A stretch of DNA of 64,000 nucleotides from Armatimonadota bacterium (GCA_039680575.1 JBDKSP010000011.1:7861-71860); one strand, 5' to 3'; counted from the stretch's first letter, positions 29,397-39,394 are shown. Made by a program: numbers and translations. Notes: generated by a model from the letters alone, not told the origin.

Positions 29397-30531
29397 CTGC
29401 CGACGGCTTGTAGTCCTGCTGTCCCAGGTATACCTTTTCTACCTGCTCTATCATCCTGTCCAGGCCGAAGAGCGCAGTAACACGTTCCTTGCCTGCTCTG
29501 CCCATCGCTTCAACGCGTTCCTCTTTGAAGATGCTGTAGATCGACGATGCGATAGCGGCAGGATCATGGACAGGAACGATACAGCCGGTGAAACCATCAA
29601 TTATCGTTTCGCTGATTCCAGATACATCGGGAGCGACGACCGGCAGCCCTGCGGCCATTGCTTCAAGCGCTGCAAGAGGGTGTCCTTCCCAGAGTGATGA
29701 CATTGCGAATACATCGAACGCCGGGAGGATTTCGGGTATATCGCTTCTGAACCCTGTAAAGATAACCTTGTGAGCTATCCCCAGATCCTGCGCTAGACGT
29801 TTTACCTCAGGCAGTTCTTCTCCATCCCCAATAAGCACGAAAACTACGTCATCGAGCTGTTTATGCAGGATTGTTGCTGCCCTGACCAGATCACCCAGGT
29901 TTTTCTGCTTCGTGAACCGCGCCGCTGTCCCTACAACGCGGCAGCCGGTCGGGATCATAAGTTTATTTCTGGCGTGGCATTTACTGACGGGTTTTTCGTA
30001 TTTGGTAAGATCTACCCCGCTGTGTATGGTAGTTACGCGATAATCGGGGACTCCTTCGTCTATGGTCATCCTCCTGAGATCGCTTGACACCGTGATAATC
30101 GTGTCCGTCCAATTAGCAAGCTGCTTGTCTGACCATTTATATACATACTCAACGGGTTTTCGGACTGCGCTATATCCGTGGATGAGGTCGGTGGACATAG
30201 AGTGGACAGTATGGACGATCTTCCTGCACCCGGCAAGCCTCGCTGCGATCCGCCCGGTAACACCGGCGCGTACTCCGTTGGTATGCACCACATCGAACCC
30301 ATTTTGTTTTATGGCTTTTGCAAGGTTGATGATTGTCGGTATGTCCGGGTAGCGATGGTACTCTGCGTGTATGATGGGTATTTCTGCCGCCATGAGGTTC
30401 TTATAGAGCTTCTCATGATTGCAGGATACGGCAACCTCATGTCCTTTTTCCCTCATGCCGACCGCCAGATCGTATACATACCTCGCCTGGCCTCCGAAAG
30501 CCGGCGCGCCATCTATCTGAAGAATTTTCAT
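29374..30531 (-). CDS. Glycosyltransferase family 4
   Basis: The GT-B fold motif EGHPLAALEAMAAGLPVVA (the EX7E region) is present. Length 385 aa. Confidence 0.85.
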   Translation of the reverse strand: MKILQIDGAPAFGGQARYVYDLAVGMREKGHEVAVSCNHEKLYKNLMAAEIPIIHAEYHRYPDIPTIINLAKAIKQNGFDVVHTNGVRAGVTGRIAARLAGCRKIVHTVHSMSTDLIHGYSAVRKPVEYVYKWSDKQLANWTDTIITVSSDLRRMTIDEGVPDYRVTTIHSGVDLTKYEKPVSKCHARNKLMIPTGCRVVGTAARFTKQKNLGDLVRAATILHKQLDDVVFVLIGDGEELPEVKRLAQDLGIAHKVIFTGFRSDIPEILPAFDVFAMSSLWEGHPLAALEAMAAGLPVVAPDVSGISETIIDGFTGCIVPVHDPAAIASSIYSIFKEERVEAMGRAGKERVTALFGLDRMIEQVEKVYLGQQDYKPSAVAAGVWR

Positions 30532-30548
30532 CTGGATTTATCCTTCCC

Positions 30549-32042
30549 TCAGTGCCTGTTTTTGATACCGGGAGCCATGACTGCCGCGATTTTGGATATA
30601 TCCTCTTTCGTTATTTCACGCATCGCAGCAAGCGCAAACGCGTAGACCGTAAAAAGGATGACGTAAGTCCCTACCAATTGAAATCCTCGTGCAGGCAGTA
30701 CTCCCGCGGCGAAATAGACCATCATCCCTGATATAATTATTCTGAAAGCGGAGACAGGCGCAATGAGTCCGCCCAGTCTTCCCGCGCAAATCGCGGCGGA
30801 TGTCAAAAGGCCGACGCCCGCCGTTGATACCGATGCGATAGCCGCTCCCGTTATCCCAAACTTGGGGATAAATACCATATTGAGCGCAAATGCTATTGCA
30901 ATCAGGATAGTAGTACCCAAAAGCGGCGTTCGTATATCGCCAATTGCCACCGATATGTTATAAAGCGCGTGAAGAAACCCGAAAAGCATCAAGCCGGCTG
31001 CAAGTATTGCAAGCGCGGGAGCCGCGGCCATGTATTTATCAGTGTAAAGCATCTCGACTGTACCTGCCGATGTGCCGGACAAGACGGCTGTGACCGGTAC
31101 CAGCAGCAGCATATGGAGCCTGAGTGCCTGGCGGACATACTGGTGTATCATTTCGTAATTATTTCTGCTTGCTGCATGTGAGATCGCGGGCAGAGTAGCC
31201 GTAGCGATTCCGATCAGTACATAAAACGGCGCTCGTGCGAGGGTATTGGCGGCTGTGTAGAAGCCGGTGCTTTCCGGCGTTTGCATAAGCGCCTTTACAG
31301 CAAACATATCTATGTTGATCAGGAGTGTAAATCCGATGGAAAGCGCCGCGGTACCGCCTGCGTAACGGATCAGCTTTTTTATAGGATATAGATCGACTTT
31401 AGGCAGTGTTCCGGCAAGTATTACGGCTACCGCAAGCCCCCCGACGGATGCGAGTATATTTCCGATGATTGCGCCTCGTAATCCGAAACCGAGCATCACC
31501 AGAAGAAGTACCGTCCCAACCTTTGAAATGGCATATGTAAGCATAGCGGCAGATTGCTTCGCATAGTTTCGCTTGCCATTCAATATAGCCGTGTAGCAAA
31601 AATAGAACGCATAGACAGGTATATCGAGAGATGCGAGCCGGACAAGCCTGGTGAGGTTCGGGTCATGAAGCAGACTTGCGATCCAGGGAGCCGCGATCAT
31701 TGCAATAACGAATAACAGCGCGCTGAAAATGAGCTGTCCACGCATCGCGGACCGGGCAATCGAAGTCATCAGGTCTTCCCGCTCTGAGCCGAATTTCCTG
31801 ATTGCATACGGGAAGCCGCCGGTCAGAGAGACTTCCATCCATATAAGAAACGCCATGACTATCCCGAACAGACCGTAATCCGCCGGTCCGAGCTTACGCC
31901 CGAGGTAAAAATGGACGACATATCCACCGATCAGGAATGCTGACTGCACTCCGACAAGTGAGATCGTTCCACGGGCAAGACTGTCTTTGCGGCTGGCAGT
32001 TATATCAGATGCTTCGACGGCCATCTGCTCCTCACATCGCAA
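30549..32042 (-). CDS. MOP-superfamily polysaccharide flippase (second copy)
   Basis: 497 aa and polytopic. It is a paralogous class to 27750-29396. Confidence 0.7.
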   Translation of the reverse strand: MRCEEQMAVEASDITASRKDSLARGTISLVGVQSAFLIGGYVVHFYLGRKLGPADYGLFGIVMAFLIWMEVSLTGGFPYAIRKFGSEREDLMTSIARSAMRGQLIFSALLFVIAMIAAPWIASLLHDPNLTRLVRLASLDIPVYAFYFCYTAILNGKRNYAKQSAAMLTYAISKVGTVLLLVMLGFGLRGAIIGNILASVGGLAVAVILAGTLPKVDLYPIKKLIRYAGGTAALSIGFTLLINIDMFAVKALMQTPESTGFYTAANTLARAPFYVLIGIATATLPAISHAASRNNYEMIHQYVRQALRLHMLLLVPVTAVLSGTSAGTVEMLYTDKYMAAAPALAILAAGLMLFGFLHALYNISVAIGDIRTPLLGTTILIAIAFALNMVFIPKFGITGAAIASVSTAGVGLLTSAAICAGRLGGLIAPVSAFRIIISGMMVYFAAGVLPARGFQLVGTYVILFTVYAFALAAMREITKEDISKIAAVMAPGIKNRH

Positions 32043-33252
32043 GGATTGCTTTTATTATTTCTTCAGGGTCCGGCGGACATCCGGGTATGTGAATGATGTT
32101 TTTCGGTATCTCCTCGTAATTTTCCAGCAGGTCGCGGGCGCAGTCGCCGCTTATCAGGATCTTCTGGTTTTTCCTGAACTCCGGCATGCGGTTTCCCCGT
32201 CCGCGTACGACATCGATCCGTTTGAAAAACATGTAGTACGCCAGTTTCGGGATGAACATCCAGTATTTCGGGGTCCTTCTGGCAAGCCTGAACGCCTTAT
32301 GGAACGCCTCATCATCCAGATGGCACGCGCGATGGTTTCTCCATACGTATAAGTTGTGGTTTTTCTTCACGTCCTGCGGCGCGGGATCGAATACGGCTGC
32401 GAGTGACTCGATGCTCATTCCCCGTACATCTGTTTCCCATCTTCCAAGTCCCAGACTGATGGCGCGTTTGATGTGCAGGACTTCTTCGGGGTCCGCTCCC
32501 ATCAGCTTTGCTCCGACGATGTCTGTTTCTACCATATTTTTACCGACCAGGAGCACCCCCATCGGTTTTGGGTGCCCCAGTATCGGTCCGTTTCCTTCCA
32601 TCGCCAGTATTCCGTCTACTACGGTCATATGCGGTCGAACTGCTCTTGCGAGCTGTGCAATCGGCTCATGCAGACCGAGCCGGTGGTACATCTGCCTGTC
32701 TTTGAACGAAAGCAGCCCCCACTGGTTCTTCATAGTGAGCGAAACGGTGGTCCGGTTGTGTGTTTTCAGCTTCGCTACATTGATGTATATGTCAGATTCC
32801 AGCATGGGAGTAGGAACGGACATATAGCCACAGTAGTAGTTTTGGAGTTCATCATCTTCATAATAATTAGGCAGGTTCCTATAGCCATAGCCGATACTGA
32901 CATTAGTTCTGAGCGCGTCGAACAGGTTCAGGAGTCGGGCGTTCTTGCGCTTGGCAAGGTCCGCGTAACCAGTGACTTGAAAAGTCTTTTGGGGGTCGAC
33001 CCCGAGCGCCGGAGCCTCCGCAATCGTGACATCCCGCACTCCCGAATCGTGCAGAAGGTCGATTATGCTTTCCACAACAACGGGATGAACGACAACACCC
33101 GTTTCCGGCGCAAAGGCCTGAACGAGGTTTACTTTGAGGACAGCCTTTCGAGCTCCATCGAAGCTGACCCCGGCTTCCTTCATCCCTTTTGCTATCTCGG
33201 ATTTGATGGCATCCAGATTGTAATGCGATACTGCGCTTAGATATACCGACAT
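32032..33252 (-). CDS. DUF362-domain protein
   Basis: The start is trimmed to MSVYLSAV so that it abuts the upstream gene's stop at 33276. The LKVNLV motif is comparable to the KPNL signature of DUF362. There is no ferredoxin-like tail in this copy. Confidence 0.55.
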   Translation of the reverse strand: MSVYLSAVSHYNLDAIKSEIAKGMKEAGVSFDGARKAVLKVNLVQAFAPETGVVVHPVVVESIIDLLHDSGVRDVTIAEAPALGVDPQKTFQVTGYADLAKRKNARLLNLFDALRTNVSIGYGYRNLPNYYEDDELQNYYCGYMSVPTPMLESDIYINVAKLKTHNRTTVSLTMKNQWGLLSFKDRQMYHRLGLHEPIAQLARAVRPHMTVVDGILAMEGNGPILGHPKPMGVLLVGKNMVETDIVGAKLMGADPEEVLHIKRAISLGLGRWETDVRGMSIESLAAVFDPAPQDVKKNHNLYVWRNHRACHLDDEAFHKAFRLARRTPKYWMFIPKLAYYMFFKRIDVVRGRGNRMPEFRKNQKILISGDCARDLLENYEEIPKNIIHIPGCPPDPEEIIKAILAM

Positions 33253-33275
33253 CTCACCCTCCAGAAAATCAGCGC

Positions 33276-34391
33276 TTATGACTTGAATGATTGCTTTATC
33301 GTTACTGCTCCATTCGGGCACATGTTTACACACATAAGGCAGCGGGCTTTGCTGCACTGTCCATAGTCCAGTTTTTCAGACTCGATGTCTATGGCATTCA
33401 CCGGACACGCGGCTGCGCAGGCATCGCAATAACTGCACCTTTTCCAGTCGATGACAGGGTGAATACCGAACCTGGAATGAAACCAGGGTATAAGGCTCTT
33501 CACTCCGAAATTTGATAAGTAATGGTCGCTCGCATAGACCGTTGCGTATAAATGCCGGTACAGGTTTTTGCGGAGTTTGCTGCTTCCGGCTGCTATATCT
33601 ACCGGCTCGACCTCATCGCCGGCTATATCGATCAGCGGGGAGCGCCCACGGGCTGCGAGCTTTAGGTGCTTTACATCCGATCTTTCAAACCCCAATAACT
33701 TCGAGGCGAACAGGTCCAGAGCGAGCATATCTGTCGATGCGGCAATTACACCCATGCTCATATATTCTCCATAGACCGCACCCGAGACCGGAATGACCAG
33801 CCCTTCCATTACCGACATTACCGGGCGAAACAGCTTGTAGAGCGCTGCGATTCCGGCATCCAGCCCCTTGGCGTGTACCTCCCGCCTGCTGCTCTTATGA
33901 AGCATACCGAAACAGTTCTTGATTGCCAGGCTCACATCGGTCAGCTTGTGACATTTCATCTTTGGGACGTTTACGATAGCTTCTGACTCTACTGCGGTCG
34001 CGGCTATCTTCACTCGCCTGATCCTTGGGTGGTCGAATGGGACTTCTATATATCTATCCTCTTCGAAGTTTACGACCTCGACCCCAAGCTGTTGGGCGAG
34101 GTCTCTTATTCCCAGGATGTCAAATGTAGTATAAGAATCATATTCAAAACCTGAACAATCGCCTATTACAGGAGTAGCGCCGGCATCTATGATTTCCTGC
34201 ACCACTGCAGCCAGAACATCGAAGTTGGTTACAGCGGCAGGTACCGGCGCGACCAGATTCGGCTTGACCAACACAGTCCAGCCGGGACGGATATTCTCCT
34301 TCAGGCCGCCCGATATCGAGATCGCTTGCCTGCAGGCTGCGACAATATTCTCCGTGCCTTCCCCGACCTTTACAACAGCTACCGTTGCCAT
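33276..34391 (-). CDS. DUF362-domain protein with a C-terminal 2x[4Fe-4S] ferredoxin domain
   Basis: TVLVKPNLV motif in the N-terminal region. The C-terminus has CSYCDACAAACP and CLMCVNMCP, which are two CX2CX2CX3CP clusters. Confidence 0.65.
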   Translation of the reverse strand: MATVAVVKVGEGTENIVAACRQAISISGGLKENIRPGWTVLVKPNLVAPVPAAVTNFDVLAAVVQEIIDAGATPVIGDCSGFEYDSYTTFDILGIRDLAQQLGVEVVNFEEDRYIEVPFDHPRIRRVKIAATAVESEAIVNVPKMKCHKLTDVSLAIKNCFGMLHKSSRREVHAKGLDAGIAALYKLFRPVMSVMEGLVIPVSGAVYGEYMSMGVIAASTDMLALDLFASKLLGFERSDVKHLKLAARGRSPLIDIAGDEVEPVDIAAGSSKLRKNLYRHLYATVYASDHYLSNFGVKSLIPWFHSRFGIHPVIDWKRCSYCDACAAACPVNAIDIESEKLDYGQCSKARCLMCVNMCPNGAVTIKQSFKS

Positions 34392-35366
34392 CTATAGGTA
34401 CCCCTGATCTATGTACCATTCGACTGTTTGCTGTATTCCGTCCGAAAGGCTGACCTGTGGTTCAAAACCTAGTGTCTGCTCTGCTTTGGATGTGTCGGAT
34501 GCATGATCACGGGTGAAAAAGTTTACCTGGTATCTGGTCAGAGGCGGCTCATGGTTGAGAATTCCCGCCGCGGCTTCAGCACCGTAAGCTGCAAGTTTCG
34601 CAAGGATAACCGGCACATTTTTGCGTGTAGACCTCAATCCAAGCGTATTGGAGATGACCTTGGCGAGTTCGAAAACCGTAACAGGCCTGGGACCTGCTAT
34701 GTTGAATATTTCACCGAATGCGGCAGGGTTCTCCATCGTGATAAGGCATCCACTGACAACATCGTCCACATAGGTAGGGTGAAGCAGGCTTCTTCCGCTG
34801 CCGATAAGCGGGAAACGGTCTTCCTTTATGGCTTTGAACAGCTTGAGCTTGTGCAGATCTCCCGGACCGTAAACGAAGTCCGGCCTTATTACAGTCACGG
34901 CAACATGATTATTCTTGTGATAGGCAAGCGCTGTCTTCTCTCCATCGCATTTGGTGCGCTCGTATAGCGCCGACGGTCTGTAAGGCAGGCATTCCGGCGC
35001 AACCCCGGACATACCGACCACACCGGGGGTGCTGCAGTGTATGACTTGCCGGACGTTATTCCGTTGACAGGCTTCCAGAAGGACTCTAACGGCCTGAACA
35101 TTGACTTGCCGCATCTCATCGACCTTTACCGCCTGTCCCCCGAGTTTCGCTGCCAGATTGAAAACCACATCGACATTCCGGCAGGCTGCAGAGACTGATT
35201 CAGGATCGACCAGAGAGCCTTTTTTTATCTCGACACCGTTAGAACTAAGCCTCTCATAGTTGCTGCTCTCACGCACGATAGCACGCACCTCATGTCCCGA
35301 TCTGAGGAGTGCCTGCACCAGATGTCCTCCGATAAACCCTGTAGCGCCCGTTACCAGGATCAGCAT
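34392..35366 (-). CDS. NAD-dependent sugar epimerase/dehydratase (SDR family)
   Basis: Rossmann motif LVTGATGFIGGHL and a catalytic YxxxK motif. The length of 324 aa is typical of UDP-hexose 4-epimerases. Confidence 0.85.
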   Translation of the reverse strand: MLILVTGATGFIGGHLVQALLRSGHEVRAIVRESSNYERLSSNGVEIKKGSLVDPESVSAACRNVDVVFNLAAKLGGQAVKVDEMRQVNVQAVRVLLEACQRNNVRQVIHCSTPGVVGMSGVAPECLPYRPSALYERTKCDGEKTALAYHKNNHVAVTVIRPDFVYGPGDLHKLKLFKAIKEDRFPLIGSGRSLLHPTYVDDVVSGCLITMENPAAFGEIFNIAGPRPVTVFELAKVISNTLGLRSTRKNVPVILAKLAAYGAEAAAGILNHEPPLTRYQVNFFTRDHASDTSKAEQTLGFEPQVSLSDGIQQTVEWYIDQGYL

Positions 35367-36502
35367 CCGGTACCTCCTGCTTCGCTCACAAGGCTCTCTA
35401 TAGCCTCGACAAGCCTGCTCCAGGAGAACTCTTCTCTAAAAGCTGATATATTGTCGATGAACTCCCCGGCTTTATCCTCTTCAAAGAACCTGACCACTGC
35501 GCGCGCAAGCGCGTATGAGTCCTCAGGGGACACTACGTACCCTGTTTTTCCATCAATGACGGTCTCGGGCAGCCCTCCGACGTTCGTGGTGACGACAGGC
35601 CTGTCGAACCCGTATGCGATCTGCGCGATTCCGCTCTGTGTGGCGGTGACATAAGGCAGGACAACCAGGTCTGCAGCAGAGAAATACATCCCGACGGCCT
35701 CGTTAGGGATATATTCATCCGTAATCTTGACGCAGTGATCTATCCCAAGGTCTTTTATCAGCCGAACATACTTCTCTTTACCGTCGTAGAACTCTCCTGC
35801 TATGACAAGTACGGCATTTACCGATGAAAGGATGGCTGGCATTGCCTCTATCAGATATTTCAACCCCTTATACTCCCGTACGAGGCCGAAGAAGAGTATT
35901 ACGTTCTGATTTTGGCTCAGTCCCAGTTCGCGCCGGGCAGTATCCTTCGATATCGGCTGCTTCCTAAACACCTCGTAGGTTGGGTGGCGGGCTTTCCGCA
36001 CCTGCGCATTTGGCAGAATATCCTTCAGGTTTATGGTGTCTTCTTCCGAATGAGTAATGAACATGTTTCCCTTGCCCAGGGCATATTTCGTGAAAAGTCT
36101 GACCGGTCCGCTCTTTTCGTGCGGCAGCACATTGTGGCACAGGAACATTACCTTGGTGAATTTGCGGCATAGCGCTGCTAACGACCCGAAAGCCGGTGCA
36201 AAAAACGGATGCCACCACTGTATGATGACCAATTCGGGTGAATATTCCCGTATTCTTTTCGCCGCGTGTGACCATGACAGAGGGTTCATTGAATCGACGA
36301 GCGGTTCGGCTCCTTCAACCACCAATTTTACTGCGCTTTCATCCCTTTGGGTCTTGCCGGGAAAAAGCAGCCGGGGATACTGGCGTGACATCGACACAAG
36401 CTGCACTTCATGTGACTCCGCAAGACTTTTGCAGAGTAATGCAGTGTAGTGTGCGATTCCTCCCCTGAAAGGAAATGAAGGCCCGACAACAATGATACGC
36501 AA
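35360..36502 (-). CDS. Glycosyltransferase family 4
   Basis: GT-B C-terminal domain with GGLPETVIDGKTGYVV. Confidence 0.85.
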   Translation of the reverse strand: MRIIVVGPSFPFRGGIAHYTALLCKSLAESHEVQLVSMSRQYPRLLFPGKTQRDESAVKLVVEGAEPLVDSMNPLSWSHAAKRIREYSPELVIIQWWHPFFAPAFGSLAALCRKFTKVMFLCHNVLPHEKSGPVRLFTKYALGKGNMFITHSEEDTINLKDILPNAQVRKARHPTYEVFRKQPISKDTARRELGLSQNQNVILFFGLVREYKGLKYLIEAMPAILSSVNAVLVIAGEFYDGKEKYVRLIKDLGIDHCVKITDEYIPNEAVGMYFSAADLVVLPYVTATQSGIAQIAYGFDRPVVTTNVGGLPETVIDGKTGYVVSPEDSYALARAVVRFFEEDKAGEFIDNISAFREEFSWSRLVEAIESLVSEAGGTGC

Positions 36503-36559
36503 ATCAGTCCTATGCCCCTGTTTTTATGATCTATTTGATTGCTTATACCAACATCGATA

Positions 36560-37627
36560 CTATATCCACGGTCTGGCAGCTTCAGATTCCGGATTTTTCT
36601 TGCAGATTGCCTGTGCCGATTTGCCCGTTATCCTGCACACCTGAGATTTCTCGTCCTTGTTCTGGCGCGCGATCATCTCAGCCAGCAACCCATGGGAAAC
36701 GAACTGTACACCGAGGATCATCAAAAGGACGCCCAGCATAAGGAGCGGCCTGCGTCCTATCGCCGCGCCTCCGATCCAGATTGCGGCGAGGTATATGTTG
36801 ACTACAGTCCCGGCGAATAGAAGCATCAGGCCTAGAGAGCCGAACAGGTGAAGAGGTTTTGTGGTGTACCGGGTAATGAAGAGTACGGTCAGCAGGTCCA
36901 GCAGCCCGCGTGTGAACCTGGCTATGCCGTATTTCGACTTCCCGAACTTTCTGCTCCTGTGGTTCACTTTGATCTCAGCCACGCTGAACCCGCTTCCGAA
37001 CGCCAGCGCCGGGATATAGCGGTGAAGCTCGCCATAAATTTTGACATTCTCGATGACCTCACGCTTATATGCCTTGAAACCGCAGTTGAAGTCGTGCAGC
37101 TTCAATCCGGTGGTCATCGATGCTACTTTGTTGAAGAGCTTGGATGGAAGTGTTTTTGAAATAGGGTCCAGCCGCCTGAACTTCCACCCGGAGACCATGT
37201 CGAAACCTTCCGAAAGTTTCGAAAGGAAGTTTGGTATCTCCTTGGGGTCGTCCTGAAGGTCCGCGTCGAGGGTAAAGACAATATCACCGCTCGCTGCCTT
37301 AAACCCTTCTGTGAGAGCTGCGGCTTTACCGAAATTACGGCGCATGTATATGGCTGTGACCCGTGGATCAGTTTCACACAAGCGCGTGAGGATGTCGGCT
37401 GATCCGTCTGTGCTTCCATCGTTGACAAATATGATCTCATACCTGCAGCCAATGTTGTCCAGCGTGCTCGTTAACTCTTCATAAAGAGTTCCAAGACTCT
37501 CTTTTTCGTTGTAGAGTGGGATTACTACGGATATTGCCTTTTCCACTGCAGTTTTGTTGGACTCATCAGCGACGTATCCGGCCTGTCTCTCCACTGCTGT
37601 TGCCTCCTTGACATAAAAGAACCCCAC
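36560..37627 (-). CDS. GT2 polyprenyl-phosphate glycosyltransferase (GtrB/ArnC/CsbB-like)
   Basis: N-terminal GT-A domain (VVIPLYNE..FVNDGSTDGS..DAD) followed by two C-terminal TM helices. This is the architecture of UndP-sugar synthases. Confidence 0.8.
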   Translation of the reverse strand: MGFFYVKEATAVERQAGYVADESNKTAVEKAISVVIPLYNEKESLGTLYEELTSTLDNIGCRYEIIFVNDGSTDGSADILTRLCETDPRVTAIYMRRNFGKAAALTEGFKAASGDIVFTLDADLQDDPKEIPNFLSKLSEGFDMVSGWKFRRLDPISKTLPSKLFNKVASMTTGLKLHDFNCGFKAYKREVIENVKIYGELHRYIPALAFGSGFSVAEIKVNHRSRKFGKSKYGIARFTRGLLDLLTVLFITRYTTKPLHLFGSLGLMLLFAGTVVNIYLAAIWIGGAAIGRRPLLMLGVLLMILGVQFVSHGLLAEMIARQNKDEKSQVCRITGKSAQAICKKNPESEAARPWI

Positions 37628-37899
37628 CTCTTGATTGAAAACAGATGTGGGGATGTCTTTTCCCCACCATCGCTTCCGAAACTTGAAATACCCACCGATG
37701 AGTCGTTAAAAACATCGAAGCCAATTTCTTCATGGCATGAGCTTTCAGTGTTAATCTGCCAAAAATGAACATGGTCACAGAAATCGATTCATAGGTTTTC
37801 GGCTGACGGTCAATAACCAACCATTTGCCGGTAATTGCCGAAAATCCGCTGGAGAGTCTCAGGTGTAAGTCTCGCCTGAACCCATAGACCGTTAATCGA

Positions 37900-39315
37900 G
37901 TGGCCGGATTAGGCAGTATGAGTAGTATGAGCAGCGATTCGTCCGTAGAATCAGATAAGCTCCGAAACTTTCCACAAGGAGCAGGCTTAACCATCAAGCT
38001 CGGCTTCTGGGGAGCATTTTTGATTGCAACACTGGCGGTATCGGTCGTCGCCAAGCTGCCGTTTACTGCTCCGAGCGCTCAGGCATATATCACGATATGC
38101 GCGATGACTTCTGCTGTCTACCTGGCTGTTTTTACTCATTGCCTGATGCGTCTTGCATACTGCCGATGCCCCAGTTGGTTACTCTACACATCCAGTTTTG
38201 CGGCCTTATCGATATCCGGGTTGATTGGCGTAGTTCTCAATTTGGGGTTGATAGAAAGTGATATCACGTGGAGGCGGTTGTATCTGCTTAGGTCGGCGTT
38301 ATTGCCGACAGCTACAACACTCCTTGTTTTTGCGTCACATGCGCTCAAGGCCAGCACCAGGGGATACCGGTTGAGAACATGGAAAATCAGTGTTTGTGCT
38401 GTTTTGGTCGTAGGTTTTCTGGTGGTAATGTGGCGTACCGGCGTATGGTATTTTACATGCAGCATGATCCGAAGTTCAAATATGGACCCACTCCTGGCGA
38501 TATACACGGCCTCCGCTGCTACATCGATAGTCCTGCTGTATAATGTCAACAAGCTGGCGGGCTCCAGTCCGAATGAAATATTCGTTCCGGTATGCTATTG
38601 GAGTGTTGCCATGGTTATCGAATCAGTGCTGACGCTTATATCCTGGACCTTTTTGGACACTCTACGGTTCAAGATGATGGGAATCGAACTCGCGGGTGTT
38701 ATGGCAATGCTGATAGGCCTAAGTATGGAAAATGAGCGGGCGCATAGAGGCGCAGCCCAGCAAATGTCGGATTTGGAAGCGATGCAAAAGGTTTCCTGGT
38801 CACTTGTAGGCGCAGGTGATCTGATGGAGCTAATGTCTACTTTTGTTAAAGCTATTTCAGAAGGATTTCAGGATGCGCCGGTCGTGGCGTATCTGGATAA
38901 AGAGGATGTTGGAGAGTCACTTACCATCGCCGCTGTGACAGGCATCGATGATCCGGCCATATACTTTGGAAAGGTATGCTCTCTCAGACCGGAAAGAAGG
39001 CCGGGGTTCCACAATGGTCATACGGCACGTGCATTTGCGAGTTCCGAGGTCCAGACTGCAAAAGCGGTGTTCTCGGATGTAGAGTTTATGCCCTGGAGAA
39101 TGGTCGCGCATGAGGACGGAATGGTAGTGTCGGTACCTCTCCCGTATCAAAACAGGGTGATAGGGGTAGTGAACCTGTTCTTAGCCGGAGCGCGGGATGT
39201 TTCAGATGACCGTATAAGACAGTTGGAAGCTATCGCGGCAGCAGTATCACCAGCCATAGAGAACGCGCGGCTCAGAGTCAGAATAGCTGATGTCAGCCTG
39301 GAGCAGGCCGCATAA
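37900..39315 (+). CDS. Polytopic membrane protein with a C-terminal cytoplasmic GAF-like domain
   Basis: About 8 TM helices, followed by a roughly 170-aa soluble domain with GAF-like secondary-structure periodicity. No kinase, GGDEF or HD-GYP output domain follows. Confidence 0.5.
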   Translation: MAGLGSMSSMSSDSSVESDKLRNFPQGAGLTIKLGFWGAFLIATLAVSVVAKLPFTAPSAQAYITICAMTSAVYLAVFTHCLMRLAYCRCPSWLLYTSSFAALSISGLIGVVLNLGLIESDITWRRLYLLRSALLPTATTLLVFASHALKASTRGYRLRTWKISVCAVLVVGFLVVMWRTGVWYFTCSMIRSSNMDPLLAIYTASAATSIVLLYNVNKLAGSSPNEIFVPVCYWSVAMVIESVLTLISWTFLDTLRFKMMGIELAGVMAMLIGLSMENERAHRGAAQQMSDLEAMQKVSWSLVGAGDLMELMSTFVKAISEGFQDAPVVAYLDKEDVGESLTIAAVTGIDDPAIYFGKVCSLRPERRPGFHNGHTARAFASSEVQTAKAVFSDVEFMPWRMVAHEDGMVVSVPLPYQNRVIGVVNLFLAGARDVSDDRIRQLEAIAAAVSPAIENARLRVRIADVSLEQAA

Positions 39316-39394
39316 TATCTTCGAAAAACGACCGCGGATATATCCGCAATTTGCTTACTGCTCATCAATTCGCCTCAAACATCGCAAACCGCAG

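Noticed and set aside
32252-33240. Plus-strand ORFs of 191 and 255 aa
   Set aside because: Antisense to the DUF362 gene, with no RBS. The DUF362 frame has the conserved motif.
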